A stretch of 64,000 bases of DNA from Opitutia bacterium (GTDB taxonomy: Bacteria; Verrucomicrobiota; Verrucomicrobiia; Opitutales; Opitutaceae), in the NCBI GenBank assembly GCA_947478395.1, contig CANJVR010000001.1, positions 256,001 through 320,000 of the forward strand, given 5' to 3'. How positions within the stretch are numbered: position 1 is the stretch's first letter; every line of letters starts with the position of its first letter. Below the pieces are notes generated by a model. It was not told the DNA's origin. It ran no database searches and was given only the letters and a program-made list of their open reading frames with translations. The position numbers and the translations under genes were made by a program. Of this stretch, positions 1 through 9,602 are shown in pieces.

Positions 1-87
1 GTAAGGTTTTTTCTTGAGTAGCGCGGTGCTTTCGCGCGCGGTCAGCACCCGCGACGCCAGCTGAAGCCTCGCGCCACCTCGGCACCC

Positions 88-549
88 ATGATCAAACAAA
101 TCGCTCATCTGTGTTTCAAAACAAGCCGGCTCGAAGCCATGACGGCATTTTATCGGGACGCCCTTGGCGCTACGGTGACGTTCCATTATCGCGCGAAGGA
201 TGGACGACCGATCGGCACCTATTTCGCGTGGGGCCAGAATACCTTTCTGGAAATTTTCGACCACGCCGACGCGCACCGGCGGAGCAATTCACCGCAGCCA
301 CTCGAGCCGCTGGAAGAACCACGCGACGCGTGGCTCATGCGCTACAATCATTTTTGTTTTCAGGTCGAGGACCTCAATGCATTCGTCGCCCTGATCGAAT
401 CGCGCGGCGTAACGGTGACCGGTCGCAAGATTGGCAACGACCGTTCACACCAGGCCTGGATCAAAGATCCCGACGGCAATCTGATTGAGCTCCAGGAATA
501 CACCGCGGGAAGCCGCCAGTTTACCGGCGAGGATTTCCAGGAGGCGTGA
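88..549 (+). CDS. VOC/glyoxalase family protein
   Basis: Motifs IAHLCF..S...MTAFY..ALG, LEIF, YNHFCFQV and DPDGNLIELQEY, typical of the VOC fold. Confidence 0.85.
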   Translation: MIKQIAHLCFKTSRLEAMTAFYRDALGATVTFHYRAKDGRPIGTYFAWGQNTFLEIFDHADAHRRSNSPQPLEPLEEPRDAWLMRYNHFCFQVEDLNAFVALIESRGVTVTGRKIGNDRSHQAWIKDPDGNLIELQEYTAGSRQFTGEDFQEA

Positions 550-593
550 GGGCGGCGTAATCAGCCCGAGCCCAGAATTCACGGATTGCCCCG

Positions 594-702
594 GTGGGCG
601 GGGTGCCCTCACCCCGCTTGGAAGCGCGGCCGCATGGTCGTAAAGCGGCCGCGGGCGCCCGCGCTCCCAGAGAGCATTTGCGGGGTGAAGGTACCCCGCC
701 CC
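594..702. repeat. REP family B inverted pair (GTGGGCGGGGTGCCCTCACCCCGC ... GCGGGGTGAAGGTACCCCGCCC)
   Basis: Palindromic unit between convergent genes; related copies near 14520, 45033, 48352, 56328 and 59970. Confidence 0.75.
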
Positions 703-734
703 AAAAAATACGAGCGGGAAAAAACCGAAACGCC

Positions 735-2150
735 TCAGGGTGTTTTCGGCGCATCGGCCGGCGCTCCGGGTGCACCCGGAGCTGCAGCGGCGCCGCCACG
801 CGCACCACGTCCGCCGCGACCGCTGGCGTCAGGCGGCAGATCGAAATTCGCGGGGAGCGGCTCAGGATGCTTCGGATCGAAATTACCGAAATCATCCATG
901 ATGAATTTCGCCAGCGGCAGATTGGCCTGCTTGATCCCAAGCACGATGCACTTCGACTGAAGATAGGCGCCGTATTCGACGTGGTGGGTGCGGTCGCCGA
1001 ACTGCTTGGTGCCTTCGGCTCCGAGGGCGATGTTCAGCTCCACGCCCATGGAATTCAGGTCGATGCCGGGCACGCCGACTTCCTGCGCGACAGCCATCGC
1101 GGCGGCGGCGTAGGTGCCGAGAATTTCATTTTTGTCGACCACATCGCGCCGGGCGGACGGCGAAGCGACGATGGGGAACGCGCCTTTTTTACGGGCGTCG
1201 GCGACGAACTGCCGCAGTAATTCCTTATAGGTCGTCGCCGCCGGCGCATAGGTCTCCGAAAAATCTTGGTTCGGATAAATATTCTGCGGGCCGCTGTTCT
1301 TCGAATCGTTGGTGCCGAATTCGATGATCACGTAGTCGCCGGGCTTGATGGAATCCAACACCTTTTCCCAGCGACGCTCCTTGAGGAAGCCCTTCAGCGT
1401 TTCGCCGGACTCGGCGTGATTCGCCACGGCGACGCCGGGTTTAAACCAACGGGTCGCCATCTGGCCCCAACTGGCGCCGCCGCCGCCTTGATCCGTGACC
1501 GTCGAATCGCCGAGAATGAAGAGCGTGATGGCGTCATCGACCTTTTGAATTTCGATGGCTGCAACCGCGGGATGCGAATCGCTGAACGCGAGCGTCAGCT
1601 TATCGTCCCAGTGACGCGCGATGGCCTCACGCGTCGTGAGATTCATTTCGCGGCTGTCCAGATTCACCTCGCCGCCCGTGGAAATTTTCGGCCCGCGTAC
1701 GTTGACCGTGAAGGTCCGCGTTTCAAATTTTCCGGCGGCGGTGCGGACCCGTTCAGCGACCAAGCGGCGCGTCTCAGCTTTAACGGTGGTGATGGCATCC
1801 GCGGCCGGATCGCCGAGCGTGAGCGTCACCCGGTAGTTGCCTTCGGGGACCTTGACGGAGAACAAAAACGGTTGCGCCGAAGTGACTGCGCCGCGTTGGA
1901 GTGGACTCCCGGTGGTGGACGGGACTGGAGTCACCGGCGTGCCGGGTTCGAAACCGTAGACGACGTCTTTTGAATACGTCGTCGTGGGAGCAACGAGCGT
2001 GTAACCGGGCGCGGCTTTTTCGGCGCCAAATTGAAATTTGAAGGACGTCGCGGGAACGGCCGCCGCGGCGTGAAGCGCGGAGGAGGCAACGAACGGCAGG
2101 AGCGATAAGAACGAAACCAGCCAGGAACGGAGACGGGAGGGGAATGACAT
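735..2150 (-). CDS. Secreted rhamnogalacturonan acetylesterase-like SGNH/GDSL esterase (CE12-like) with N-terminal beta domain
   Basis: Signal peptide; GDSTV, WGQM, NHAESG, FGTND and DRTH motifs. Confidence 0.85.
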   Translation of the reverse strand: MSFPSRLRSWLVSFLSLLPFVASSALHAAAAVPATSFKFQFGAEKAAPGYTLVAPTTTYSKDVVYGFEPGTPVTPVPSTTGSPLQRGAVTSAQPFLFSVKVPEGNYRVTLTLGDPAADAITTVKAETRRLVAERVRTAAGKFETRTFTVNVRGPKISTGGEVNLDSREMNLTTREAIARHWDDKLTLAFSDSHPAVAAIEIQKVDDAITLFILGDSTVTDQGGGGASWGQMATRWFKPGVAVANHAESGETLKGFLKERRWEKVLDSIKPGDYVIIEFGTNDSKNSGPQNIYPNQDFSETYAPAATTYKELLRQFVADARKKGAFPIVASPSARRDVVDKNEILGTYAAAAMAVAQEVGVPGIDLNSMGVELNIALGAEGTKQFGDRTHHVEYGAYLQSKCIVLGIKQANLPLAKFIMDDFGNFDPKHPEPLPANFDLPPDASGRGGRGARGGAAAAPGAPGAPADAPKTP

Positions 2151-2265
2151 GATAAAGGGTGAGTCAGGGATTTTAAGTTAAAGATTTTTTGCCGCAGAAC
2201 GTCCAGCGCTCGGACCCAGCGCTCGCGGAGAACAACATGCTACGAGCTGCAGTGCCGTCGAAACA

Positions 2266-3204
2266 TCACGGCGCGTTCTGGCTAAGGTAATTCGCCGCAG
2301 CGGGCGCGACGGCTTTTCCTTTTTCGGAAAGGAGCGGGAGAAACGGGCTGGCCTTGAATGCCTTCAAGCCGGAGACGATCGACTCGGCCACGATTTCGGC
2401 TCCAGGCACGTAGGTGTGGTTGTGATCGCTGTAGAGCGCGTTCACGGCCTCACGGCCCATCTTCTCGTAGCGGTCGGCGCAGAGGTTCGTCAGGTCGAGC
2501 ACCGGTAGGTGCAGTTTCACGCCGAGGTCCTTAGTCCACTGCGTGTATTGTCCGCGCGACGTCCCGCGCTCGATGCGGTCTTCCTTGGGGTCGTAGTCCG
2601 CCGGTAGCGGCCCGATGGGCGTGGCGTCGTTGAATTTAACCTTCGGATTCGTCCAAATGTTACGCGTTGTGACGGTGAGAAAATAAACCTGCGCGCCCTT
2701 TTCGCGGGCGACGCTGGCCATCGTGGACATGTACCAACCGTAGGTGTGCGCGGTCTCGACGGTGCCGTCGGGCCGGGAGAGCTGGACCGTTTCATCGCCG
2801 ATGCCCGGAATGGAACCGCGCGCTGAGACCGTTTGCGGCGGACCGCCATCGTTGATGCCAAAAACCAGCAGCACGAAATCGCCCGCTTTAATCTGGGGCG
2901 CGACGCTCGGCCAATCGCCCGGGTTGTTAAAGTAGGTGCGGCTCGAGGTGCCCGCATGAGCGACATTGGCGACCGTGGCTTTTGACGCGGCGAAGTAATC
3001 GGCCAGCGGCGTGCCCCACCCCGCCCAAGGCTGACCGTTCTTGCCCTTGCCGGAATTTCGCGCGGTCGAATCGCCGAGCACAAAAATAGTAGGAGTGGCC
3101 GCGGTCGGCTTCTCGGCCGCGACAATCCCGCTAGAACTAAAAACGAAGGAGAGCGCGGCGAAAGCCAGCAGCGCGCGGCGGACGGGGAAGGCGGAATGCA
3201 ACAT
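2266..3204 (-). CDS. Secreted rhamnogalacturonan acetylesterase-like SGNH esterase (CE12-like)
   Basis: Start moved to MLHSAF to give a signal peptide; GDSTA, GWG, AGTSSRTY, FGIND and DHNHT motifs. Confidence 0.85.
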   Translation of the reverse strand: MLHSAFPVRRALLAFAALSFVFSSSGIVAAEKPTAATPTIFVLGDSTARNSGKGKNGQPWAGWGTPLADYFAASKATVANVAHAGTSSRTYFNNPGDWPSVAPQIKAGDFVLLVFGINDGGPPQTVSARGSIPGIGDETVQLSRPDGTVETAHTYGWYMSTMASVAREKGAQVYFLTVTTRNIWTNPKVKFNDATPIGPLPADYDPKEDRIERGTSRGQYTQWTKDLGVKLHLPVLDLTNLCADRYEKMGREAVNALYSDHNHTYVPGAEIVAESIVSGLKAFKASPFLPLLSEKGKAVAPAAANYLSQNAP

Positions 3205-3490
3205 GGGGAAATAAGGACGGAGGTGAAAGACCGCAGTCTGACGCGCGATGCGCCAATGCGATGCGGGGCATACTCTCACGAAGCCGACGGTGAGCAAATC
3301 TGTTTGAGCCGACTAGGGTCGATCAGTCCAGAAACGGGGGCGCGGGGTAGGTTCTGGGTAGTCGAGCCAGCCGTGCACATGGGCACCTCCGGTTTCCATG
3401 CGACGTACGCTGCCGGGAAAACTCGATCGACGACAGCACGATCAACCTGCGTTTCACCCGAAAAGCATTTCCCCAGCTCGCCGCCGGCGC

Positions 3491-4558
3491 CTACCTCACG
3501 GTCGCGGGCGCCGCGGCCTGCGGAATTTCCTTTTCGTACTTCGTCCAGTCGTTGACGAGTTCGTGGACAACCACGCTGCCGACGCGATGAGCCGCTTCCA
3601 ACGAGGGAATAAAAGCTGAAAGCTTTTTACCGAAGAGACTCTCTTCCGCTGTGCCTCCCGGCCATTGCATGTCGAAATTACTCGCCGTCCGCAGCACGAG
3701 CAGCCGGCGCACGTCTGCTCTGCCCGCGCGCGTCAGCCAAGTCAGTGCCTGCGCAGTCCCAGTGTCCTCCATCGCGGTCGTGGTGTAGTGGGCCTGGCCG
3801 TCGGTGTGGTAACTGACCCATTCATTGGCCCAGGCGTTGAGCAGTTTCCCGTGCCAGAAGGTCATCGATGCGAGGTTGTCGCCCTTGAGCACGAACGGTG
3901 GGCGCTGGGCATTCGGGAAGCCTTTGTACAATTCGCGGCGTTGCTGCATCTCGGGCGTATCCTTCAGCGCAATCGCTTTCGTCCGCTCGTAGGCCCAGTT
4001 CACCAAACCGGCGTCGAGGTGAAACGCTTGCCCGTTGTCGGCCGTGTTGCGCGGCTGCTCGTACGGTTTTTTCCGGTCGAACGGCACATAACCCGTCGGC
4101 CAGTCAGCCGGCATCTCGCGCGGATCGATCTCGTGACCGAGGTCGCCGTCGACGAGCCACTCCGCCCACGCCGCGCTCCCGAGCGACGCCTTGGCGGGAT
4201 CGACGCCAGCGATGCCCGCCACGAGCCAGTAACTGCGGCTGAGATCGAAGCGCGGATCGGAACCGAGCGCCATGATCGTCGCCGCCGAACGCGCGGTGCC
4301 CATCCCGGTGACGATGCCGATGACGGTGCCATCGGCGTTGCTGCGCACATCGTGAAATGCCGCGGGGAGCGGATAGACTTTGTCCAGTTTCTCGCGCTCG
4401 ACCCAATATTGAAATTCACCCGGGGCGTCGCCGGTGTCCTGACCCACTTCGAACATCGTCACAACGACCACGCGTGGTCGCAACGGCGGCTCCGCGGCCG
4501 CGAGCCGCGAAAACCCGAGAAGAGCGACCAGGGCAAAAAAAACGGAGCAGCGAAGCAT
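3491..4558 (-). CDS. Purine nucleoside permease (NUP) family protein, exported
   Basis: VVTMFE, DLSRSYWLVAGIAGVDP, SLGSAAWA, TAMED and LRTASNFD motifs. Confidence 0.85.
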   Translation of the reverse strand: MLRCSVFFALVALLGFSRLAAAEPPLRPRVVVVTMFEVGQDTGDAPGEFQYWVEREKLDKVYPLPAAFHDVRSNADGTVIGIVTGMGTARSAATIMALGSDPRFDLSRSYWLVAGIAGVDPAKASLGSAAWAEWLVDGDLGHEIDPREMPADWPTGYVPFDRKKPYEQPRNTADNGQAFHLDAGLVNWAYERTKAIALKDTPEMQQRRELYKGFPNAQRPPFVLKGDNLASMTFWHGKLLNAWANEWVSYHTDGQAHYTTTAMEDTGTAQALTWLTRAGRADVRRLLVLRTASNFDMQWPGGTAEESLFGKKLSAFIPSLEAAHRVGSVVVHELVNDWTKYEKEIPQAAAPATVR

Positions 4559-4714
4559 CGGGATTCAAAGCAGGAGACGGGCCACCAAACTGGCAAGAGA
4601 GCACCTACGCCGCGCTGTAACGGCAACCAGGGTCGAGTGGACCTGAAAATTTTAATGGTCCGCCGGCTGAGTCCCGTCTTGCGGAGGGCCCGGGCGATCC
4701 GTCTGACTAAAAAC

Positions 4715-4960
4715 ATGGCCATGGAATTCGGTTGGTGGGAAAAAAATCCTGAAGAAGGAAAGTTTCAGGTCGTCGCGCGCATCCACGGCGGCAACATTCA
4801 GTGGACGCGTAAGGCTGGCCATTTTCAGCCGTGGCTCACGCACCTGCCCTCCGAGGAAAACTGGGAGCGGCTCCTGACCGAGGCCAACCGCCGCGTCCCC
4901 CGCCGCCTGATTTCACCGAAGCAATTCGCGGACATCCAGCGCATCTTCGACGCGCGTTAG
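4715..4960 (+). CDS. Small hypothetical protein (~80 aa)
   Basis: Protein-like C-terminal part of ORF 3665..4960; its upstream part is antisense shadow of the NUP gene. Alternative ATG at 4721. Confidence 0.7.
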   Translation: MAMEFGWWEKNPEEGKFQVVARIHGGNIQWTRKAGHFQPWLTHLPSEENWERLLTEANRRVPRRLISPKQFADIQRIFDAR

Positions 4961-4977
4961 CGAAGCTGCACCCCAAG

Positions 4978-5095
4978 CGTAGCCGCTAACGACGTAGCGG
5001 CAGGCGTCCCGGCCTGCCGGGTTCGGCGGCCTCGTTTCGGCAGGCAGGGACGCCTGCCGCTCCACCAAACGGTCGCGGGAAAACTTAAACCGTCC
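4978..5095. repeat. REP family A element (GTAG-CGGCAGGC..GCCTGCCG inverted pair), copy 1, reverse orientation
   Basis: GTAGCGGCAGGCGTCCCGGCCTGCCG ... CGGCAGGCAGGGACGCCTGCCGCT; matches copies at 17691, 31108 and 45060. Confidence 0.8.
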
Positions 5096-5184
5096 TCGGT
5101 TTTTTGCCGACGGAATACCCGGTAAAATTTCTTCCGTGTATTTCGCGTAGCCCGTGGGTCACTCCGGTTCCATTCCTCACGATT

Positions 5185-5712
5185 TTAAGCGCCACCTGCG
5201 CCGAGATAATCCGTGACGACCCTTTCCCAAATCAACCGAAACGCCGGGGTGAACTCCACCGGTTTTTCCTGCATCCAGGCCGTGACGTCCGCGATCGAAA
5301 ACCATCCGCCCCGTTCGATCTCATGGGCATCGAGCACAAACGGTCCGAGGTGGTTTAGCCGGTAAACCCAGAGGAATTCCCAGCCGGTACGCGCACACGC
5401 CTCGACCCGAAACCACCGCGTCAACGTTCCTTCCGCCACGAACAATCCGATCTCCTCTCCGAGTTCCCGCCGGGCTGCCGCATCGTAGTCCTCACCGCTA
5501 TCCAGATGTCCCGAGCACGTCGCGTCCCAACATCCGGGCGACATGTCTTTTCGCATCGACCGCTTTTGCAAAAAGGTCCGACCTGCTCCGTCAAACACCA
5601 GCACATGCACCGCCCGGTGCCAGAGCCCCTGCGCGTGCACGTCCCGCCGCGATGCCCGCCCGATCACCACGTCGCTCGCATTCACCACATCGAAGAATTC
5701 CTCGTTCGTCAT
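5185..5712 (-). CDS. NUDIX hydrolase (IPP isomerase type 1/YfcD-like)
   Basis: HRAVHV, LQKRS..KD..PG.WD and the Nudix box GHLDSGEDYDAAARRELGEEIG. Confidence 0.85.
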   Translation of the reverse strand: MTNEEFFDVVNASDVVIGRASRRDVHAQGLWHRAVHVLVFDGAGRTFLQKRSMRKDMSPGCWDATCSGHLDSGEDYDAAARRELGEEIGLFVAEGTLTRWFRVEACARTGWEFLWVYRLNHLGPFVLDAHEIERGGWFSIADVTAWMQEKPVEFTPAFRLIWERVVTDYLGAGGA

Positions 5713-5852
5713 CCCGCTGTCTTCGCAGGGCCTCCGCCACCGTGCAACTCCGGCATGGGCCGCGCGACCGCTCCCGGGCCCCAACGGGCGCGCCCCCATC
5801 CTTTACTTTCCAGGCCGTTCGTGTGCAGTCCTCGTCTTTACGCCCACTCATC

Positions 5853-6290
5853 ATGCCGAAAATCGAAGTCAGCACTGTCGCCGAGATCCTCAAAAAAAAT
5901 CACCTCGATCCCAAACTCCTCCGGGCCGTGATCGAGGAAATGAACCTCGCCGTGCAGCCCGAGCCCGGCGAAGACGAGAAGCCACCGGCCGTGAAGAAGC
6001 AGTTCGTGATCCTGGTGAGCGATCCCGAGGGCCGCTTTCCGAAAAACGATTTCGTCGGCTGGGTCCTCCAGATTCCCGACACTGAGAGCGTCGCCACCAC
6101 GCAGGATCGTATTTTCCGCAGCGTGTACGACTACAACGTCACCAAAAAAGGCCGCCTCTACCCCGCCAAAACCGTGGGCGAAGCCCTTGAAAATATTCCC
6201 GCCAAGTTTTTCAAGGAAGCCGATGTCTGGGTGAAGTCGAAAACGCCCGTCTTGGTGCTGAAAACCGACAACCAGATTCCGAAGGAATAA
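5853..6290 (+). CDS. Hypothetical protein (145 aa)
   Basis: Start at MPKIEV; host-like codon usage; no recognisable family. Confidence 0.75.
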   Translation: MPKIEVSTVAEILKKNHLDPKLLRAVIEEMNLAVQPEPGEDEKPPAVKKQFVILVSDPEGRFPKNDFVGWVLQIPDTESVATTQDRIFRSVYDYNVTKKGRLYPAKTVGEALENIPAKFFKEADVWVKSKTPVLVLKTDNQIPKE

Positions 6291-6327
6291 ACGCCTGGCC
6301 CGAAACGGCAGCGACGTTGCGAATGCA

Positions 6328-7182
6328 GTGAAGAATTTCCCCGGAAATCGCCGCCCTTCACCGCGCTGGGTGCTGGTTGCCACCAGTCTCGCGCTGCTCT
6401 GCGGCTGCGGCAAAAGAACCGACGCTTCAACCGCGCAACCCGCGAGCGCGAACATCGCGGTTCCACCGCCGTCCAACGACGCAGAACTTCCAAATTACAC
6501 GCTACAAGCCGTCGCCGTTTACCCGCACGATTCCACCGCCTTCACCCAGGGGCTCGTCTACCTGAAGGGCGTGCTGTTCGAAACCACCGGTCTCAACGGG
6601 CGCTCCTCGTTGCGCAAAGTCGATCTGCCGACCGGACGCGTCCTGCAGATCTCAAACCTGTCCTCCCAGTATTTCGGCGAGGGCATGACGGTCATCGGCG
6701 ACAAGATTTTTCAGATCACCTGGCAGAGCCAAAAGGGTTTCGTCTACGACCTCTCCTCTTTTGCCGTGGAAAAGGAGTTCTCCTACACGGGTGAGGGCTG
6801 GGGTCTCACGACCGATGGAAAGGTTCTCATTTTAAGCGATGGGACGAACGTGCTTCGCTTCATCGATCCCGCCACGTTCAAGGTTCTGCGCACGGTCAGC
6901 GTGTTCCATCGCGGGCTGCCTTTAAAAAATCTCAACGAACTCGAATTCATCAAGGGTGAGATCTTCGCGAACGTCTGGCAGACCAACACGATCGTCCGTA
7001 TCGATCCCGCCAACGGAAATCTCCTCGGCACCATCGACTGCGCCGGTCTGCTCTCGCCCGAGGATTATCGCGGGCGCCCCGATGTGTTGAACGGTATCGC
7101 GTACGATGCCGCCGGCGACCGACTTTTTGTCACCGGCAAACTGTGGCCCAAACTTTTCGAGGTAAAACTGAAGGGAAATTGA
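6328..7182 (+). CDS. Glutaminyl-peptide cyclotransferase (lipoprotein)
   Basis: Lipobox LLCGC; YPHD..AFTQGL, FGEG, GEGWGLT, LNELE and DVLNGIAYD motifs. Confidence 0.92.
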   Translation: MKNFPGNRRPSPRWVLVATSLALLCGCGKRTDASTAQPASANIAVPPPSNDAELPNYTLQAVAVYPHDSTAFTQGLVYLKGVLFETTGLNGRSSLRKVDLPTGRVLQISNLSSQYFGEGMTVIGDKIFQITWQSQKGFVYDLSSFAVEKEFSYTGEGWGLTTDGKVLILSDGTNVLRFIDPATFKVLRTVSVFHRGLPLKNLNELEFIKGEIFANVWQTNTIVRIDPANGNLLGTIDCAGLLSPEDYRGRPDVLNGIAYDAAGDRLFVTGKLWPKLFEVKLKGN

Positions 7183-7424
7183 GTTTCGCGCACCACGGTG
7201 TCGCTTGCGGGAGCAGCCGAAAAAGCCCCCCGCCCGATCGGGCGCCACTCCCAACAGGGAATTTCCAGGATCAAGGTTAGCCGGGCCGAATTGATTCTCC
7301 TTTTAAGGGGTATGGCGTGCAGCGAAGGGGGTTTCGGTTGTGCCATCCAAGCCCACGAAACCGCGTTTGCGTTTTTGAACGGGGCCGGGGCTAATACGCG
7401 CCTTTCGCTCAACCTTTCGCGCCC

Positions 7425-8570
7425 GTGCCCGAACCAAAATATTCTCCGCCACCGCCTCTCCTTTATGCCGCCACCGAGCGTAGCGCTGATGTCCTCTACT
7501 TCGGACGCGTCTCTGTTCCCGATCCGTTCATCGCCTTTGCGGCCCATGGCAAAAAATATGCGGTCGTCAGTGCCCTTGAATTCGGCCGCGTAAAACGCGA
7601 ATCCGCCTTTGATCGCGTTCTGCCCCTCGAACTTTACCTCCAAAAGGCCCGCGCCACCTGGCCCGACGGCAAGCCCGGCCCCGCCGAGGTCATTTGTCTG
7701 CTCGCCCGCGAACTGAAACAAACGGCCTTTACTGTTCCCCAGGATTTCCCCGCGGGCCTCTACGAAAAACTGCTCAAGCTCGGCCTCGATCTCGCCATCG
7801 CCAGCGGTCCGCTTTTCCCAGCGCGCGAAATCAAAACTCCCGTCGAAATCGCCGCCCTCCGCGAGGGCAACCGTTGCAGCGCCCTGGGTCTCGCCGCGGC
7901 CGAACGCGTGCTGCGGGCGAGCAAAATCAAGGGACGCTCCCTGCTCTACGAGGGTAAGCCGTTGACCAGCGAACGCCTGAAATTCGCCATCGAAGTCGCC
8001 TGCCTCGAAGGCGGCGCGATCTCAGCCAATACCATCGCCGCCGGTGGCGATCAGGGCTGCGATCCCCACGAACGCGGCTCGGGTCCGCTGCGCCCCAACG
8101 AACTTATCATCGTCGATATTTTCCCCCGCGTTGCGGCAACAGGTTATCACGGTGACATGACCCGCACGTTTCTCCGCGGACGCGCCAGCGATGCCCAGCG
8201 CGCGCTCGTCTCCGCCGTCCGCACCGCGCAGCTCGCTGCATTGAAAAAAATCCGCGCCGACGTTTCGGGCCGCGCGGTCCACGAAGCTGTGGTCACCACT
8301 TTTACTTCGCTCGGTTACGAAACCAAAAGCACCCCGAGCGGTTCAGTCGGATTTTTCCACGGCACCGGCCATGGCCTAGGCTTGGATATCCACGAATCGC
8401 CCGGATTGAGCAGCCGCTACGATTCTCCTTTGCCCTGCGGCACCGTGGTCACGGTCGAGCCCGGACTCTACTATCCCGGCCTCGGCGCCTGTCGGATCGA
8501 AGACGTGGTCCAAGTCACCGCCACCAAGCCGAAATTCCTCTCAAAATTTCACTACGACTGGGAATTCTAA
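7425..8570 (+). CDS. Xaa-Pro peptidase family M24
   Basis: DIFP..GYHGDMTRT, HGTGHGLGLDIHE, TVEPGLY and RIED motifs. Confidence 0.92.
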   Translation: MPEPKYSPPPPLLYAATERSADVLYFGRVSVPDPFIAFAAHGKKYAVVSALEFGRVKRESAFDRVLPLELYLQKARATWPDGKPGPAEVICLLARELKQTAFTVPQDFPAGLYEKLLKLGLDLAIASGPLFPAREIKTPVEIAALREGNRCSALGLAAAERVLRASKIKGRSLLYEGKPLTSERLKFAIEVACLEGGAISANTIAAGGDQGCDPHERGSGPLRPNELIIVDIFPRVAATGYHGDMTRTFLRGRASDAQRALVSAVRTAQLAALKKIRADVSGRAVHEAVVTTFTSLGYETKSTPSGSVGFFHGTGHGLGLDIHESPGLSSRYDSPLPCGTVVTVEPGLYYPGLGACRIEDVVQVTATKPKFLSKFHYDWEF

Positions 8571-8624
8571 ATTTAGCCCGGCCTTCGATCCTCCCGCTTT
8601 TTCATTCCGTCCACCGACGACTTC

Positions 8625-9599
8625 ATGAAATCCCTGTCCGCTCTGCTCAAAAAAATTTCCGCCCTTCGCATCCTCGTGATTGGCGACGTCATGCTCGACT
8701 GTTACCTCTGGGGAGACGCCACGCGGATCTCGCCTGAAGCGCCCGTTCCGGTCGTCGATATCACGCGCGAATACACCACCGCCGGTGGTGCGGCCAACGT
8801 AGCCCTTAACCTCGCCTCGCTCGGGGCACGTTGCACGGTCGCAGGTTATTTCGGCGACGATCCCGCCGGCCGTACCCTGGCCGCGACCCTCGAGGAGAAA
8901 AAAATCGCCACGTTGCCCACGCCCGGCACCGGCCAGACGATCGTGAAAACGCGCGTGCTCGTGCAACGCCAGCAACTTTGCCGCCTCGATCGCGAATCTC
9001 CTCCGACCGCTTATGCCGTCTCGGCCGCCGCCGCGGAAAAAGTCCTTGCCGCCGCCATTCGCACGCACGACGCCGTCATTTTTTCCGACTACGCCAAAGG
9101 CCTGCTATCCGACGAGCTCGTCGCCCGCGTGACCGCCCTCGCCCGTGACGCCGGCCAGCTCATCGCCCTCGACCCGAAGCCCAAGCACGCCCTCGCGTTT
9201 CACGGGCTCGATCTGATCACGCCCAACAAACGTGAAGCCCTCGAACTCGCCGGTATCACCCCGGTGCCCCATCAACCGTTTCCCGCCGCAGAAGTCTGCG
9301 CGCGACTCCACGAGCGCTTTGCCACGAAACACTTGGTGATCACGCTCGGTGAGGACGGCATGCTACTGAGCACGAACGGAAAGATTCTGAAGACGATTCC
9401 GACGGCTGCGCGCGAAGTGTACGACGTATCCGGCGCGGGCGACACCGCGCTCGCCGCGCTCGTCCTCGCGCTCGCCGCCGGCGCGACCCTCGAGACCGCC
9501 GCCCACTTTGCCAACGCCGCCGCGGGCGTTGTCGTCGGCAAGCTCGGTACCGCCACTGTCACGCCCAAGGAGCTGGTGGCCTACCTCAAACACAGCTGA
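8625..9599 (+). CDS. rfaE1: D-glycero-beta-D-manno-heptose-7-phosphate kinase (RfaE domain I, PfkB family)
   Basis: GDVMLD, RISPEAPVPVV, GGAANVA, SDYAKG, DVSGAGDT and VVVGKLGTA motifs. Confidence 0.9.
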   Translation: MKSLSALLKKISALRILVIGDVMLDCYLWGDATRISPEAPVPVVDITREYTTAGGAANVALNLASLGARCTVAGYFGDDPAGRTLAATLEEKKIATLPTPGTGQTIVKTRVLVQRQQLCRLDRESPPTAYAVSAAAAEKVLAAAIRTHDAVIFSDYAKGLLSDELVARVTALARDAGQLIALDPKPKHALAFHGLDLITPNKREALELAGITPVPHQPFPAAEVCARLHERFATKHLVITLGEDGMLLSTNGKILKTIPTAAREVYDVSGAGDTALAALVLALAAGATLETAAHFANAAAGVVVGKLGTATVTPKELVAYLKHS

Positions 9600-9602
9600 C
9601 CC

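Noticed and set aside
3665..4714. N-terminal 350 aa of ORF 3665..4960
   Set aside because: Mostly antisense to the NUP gene; only the last ~80 codons look coding
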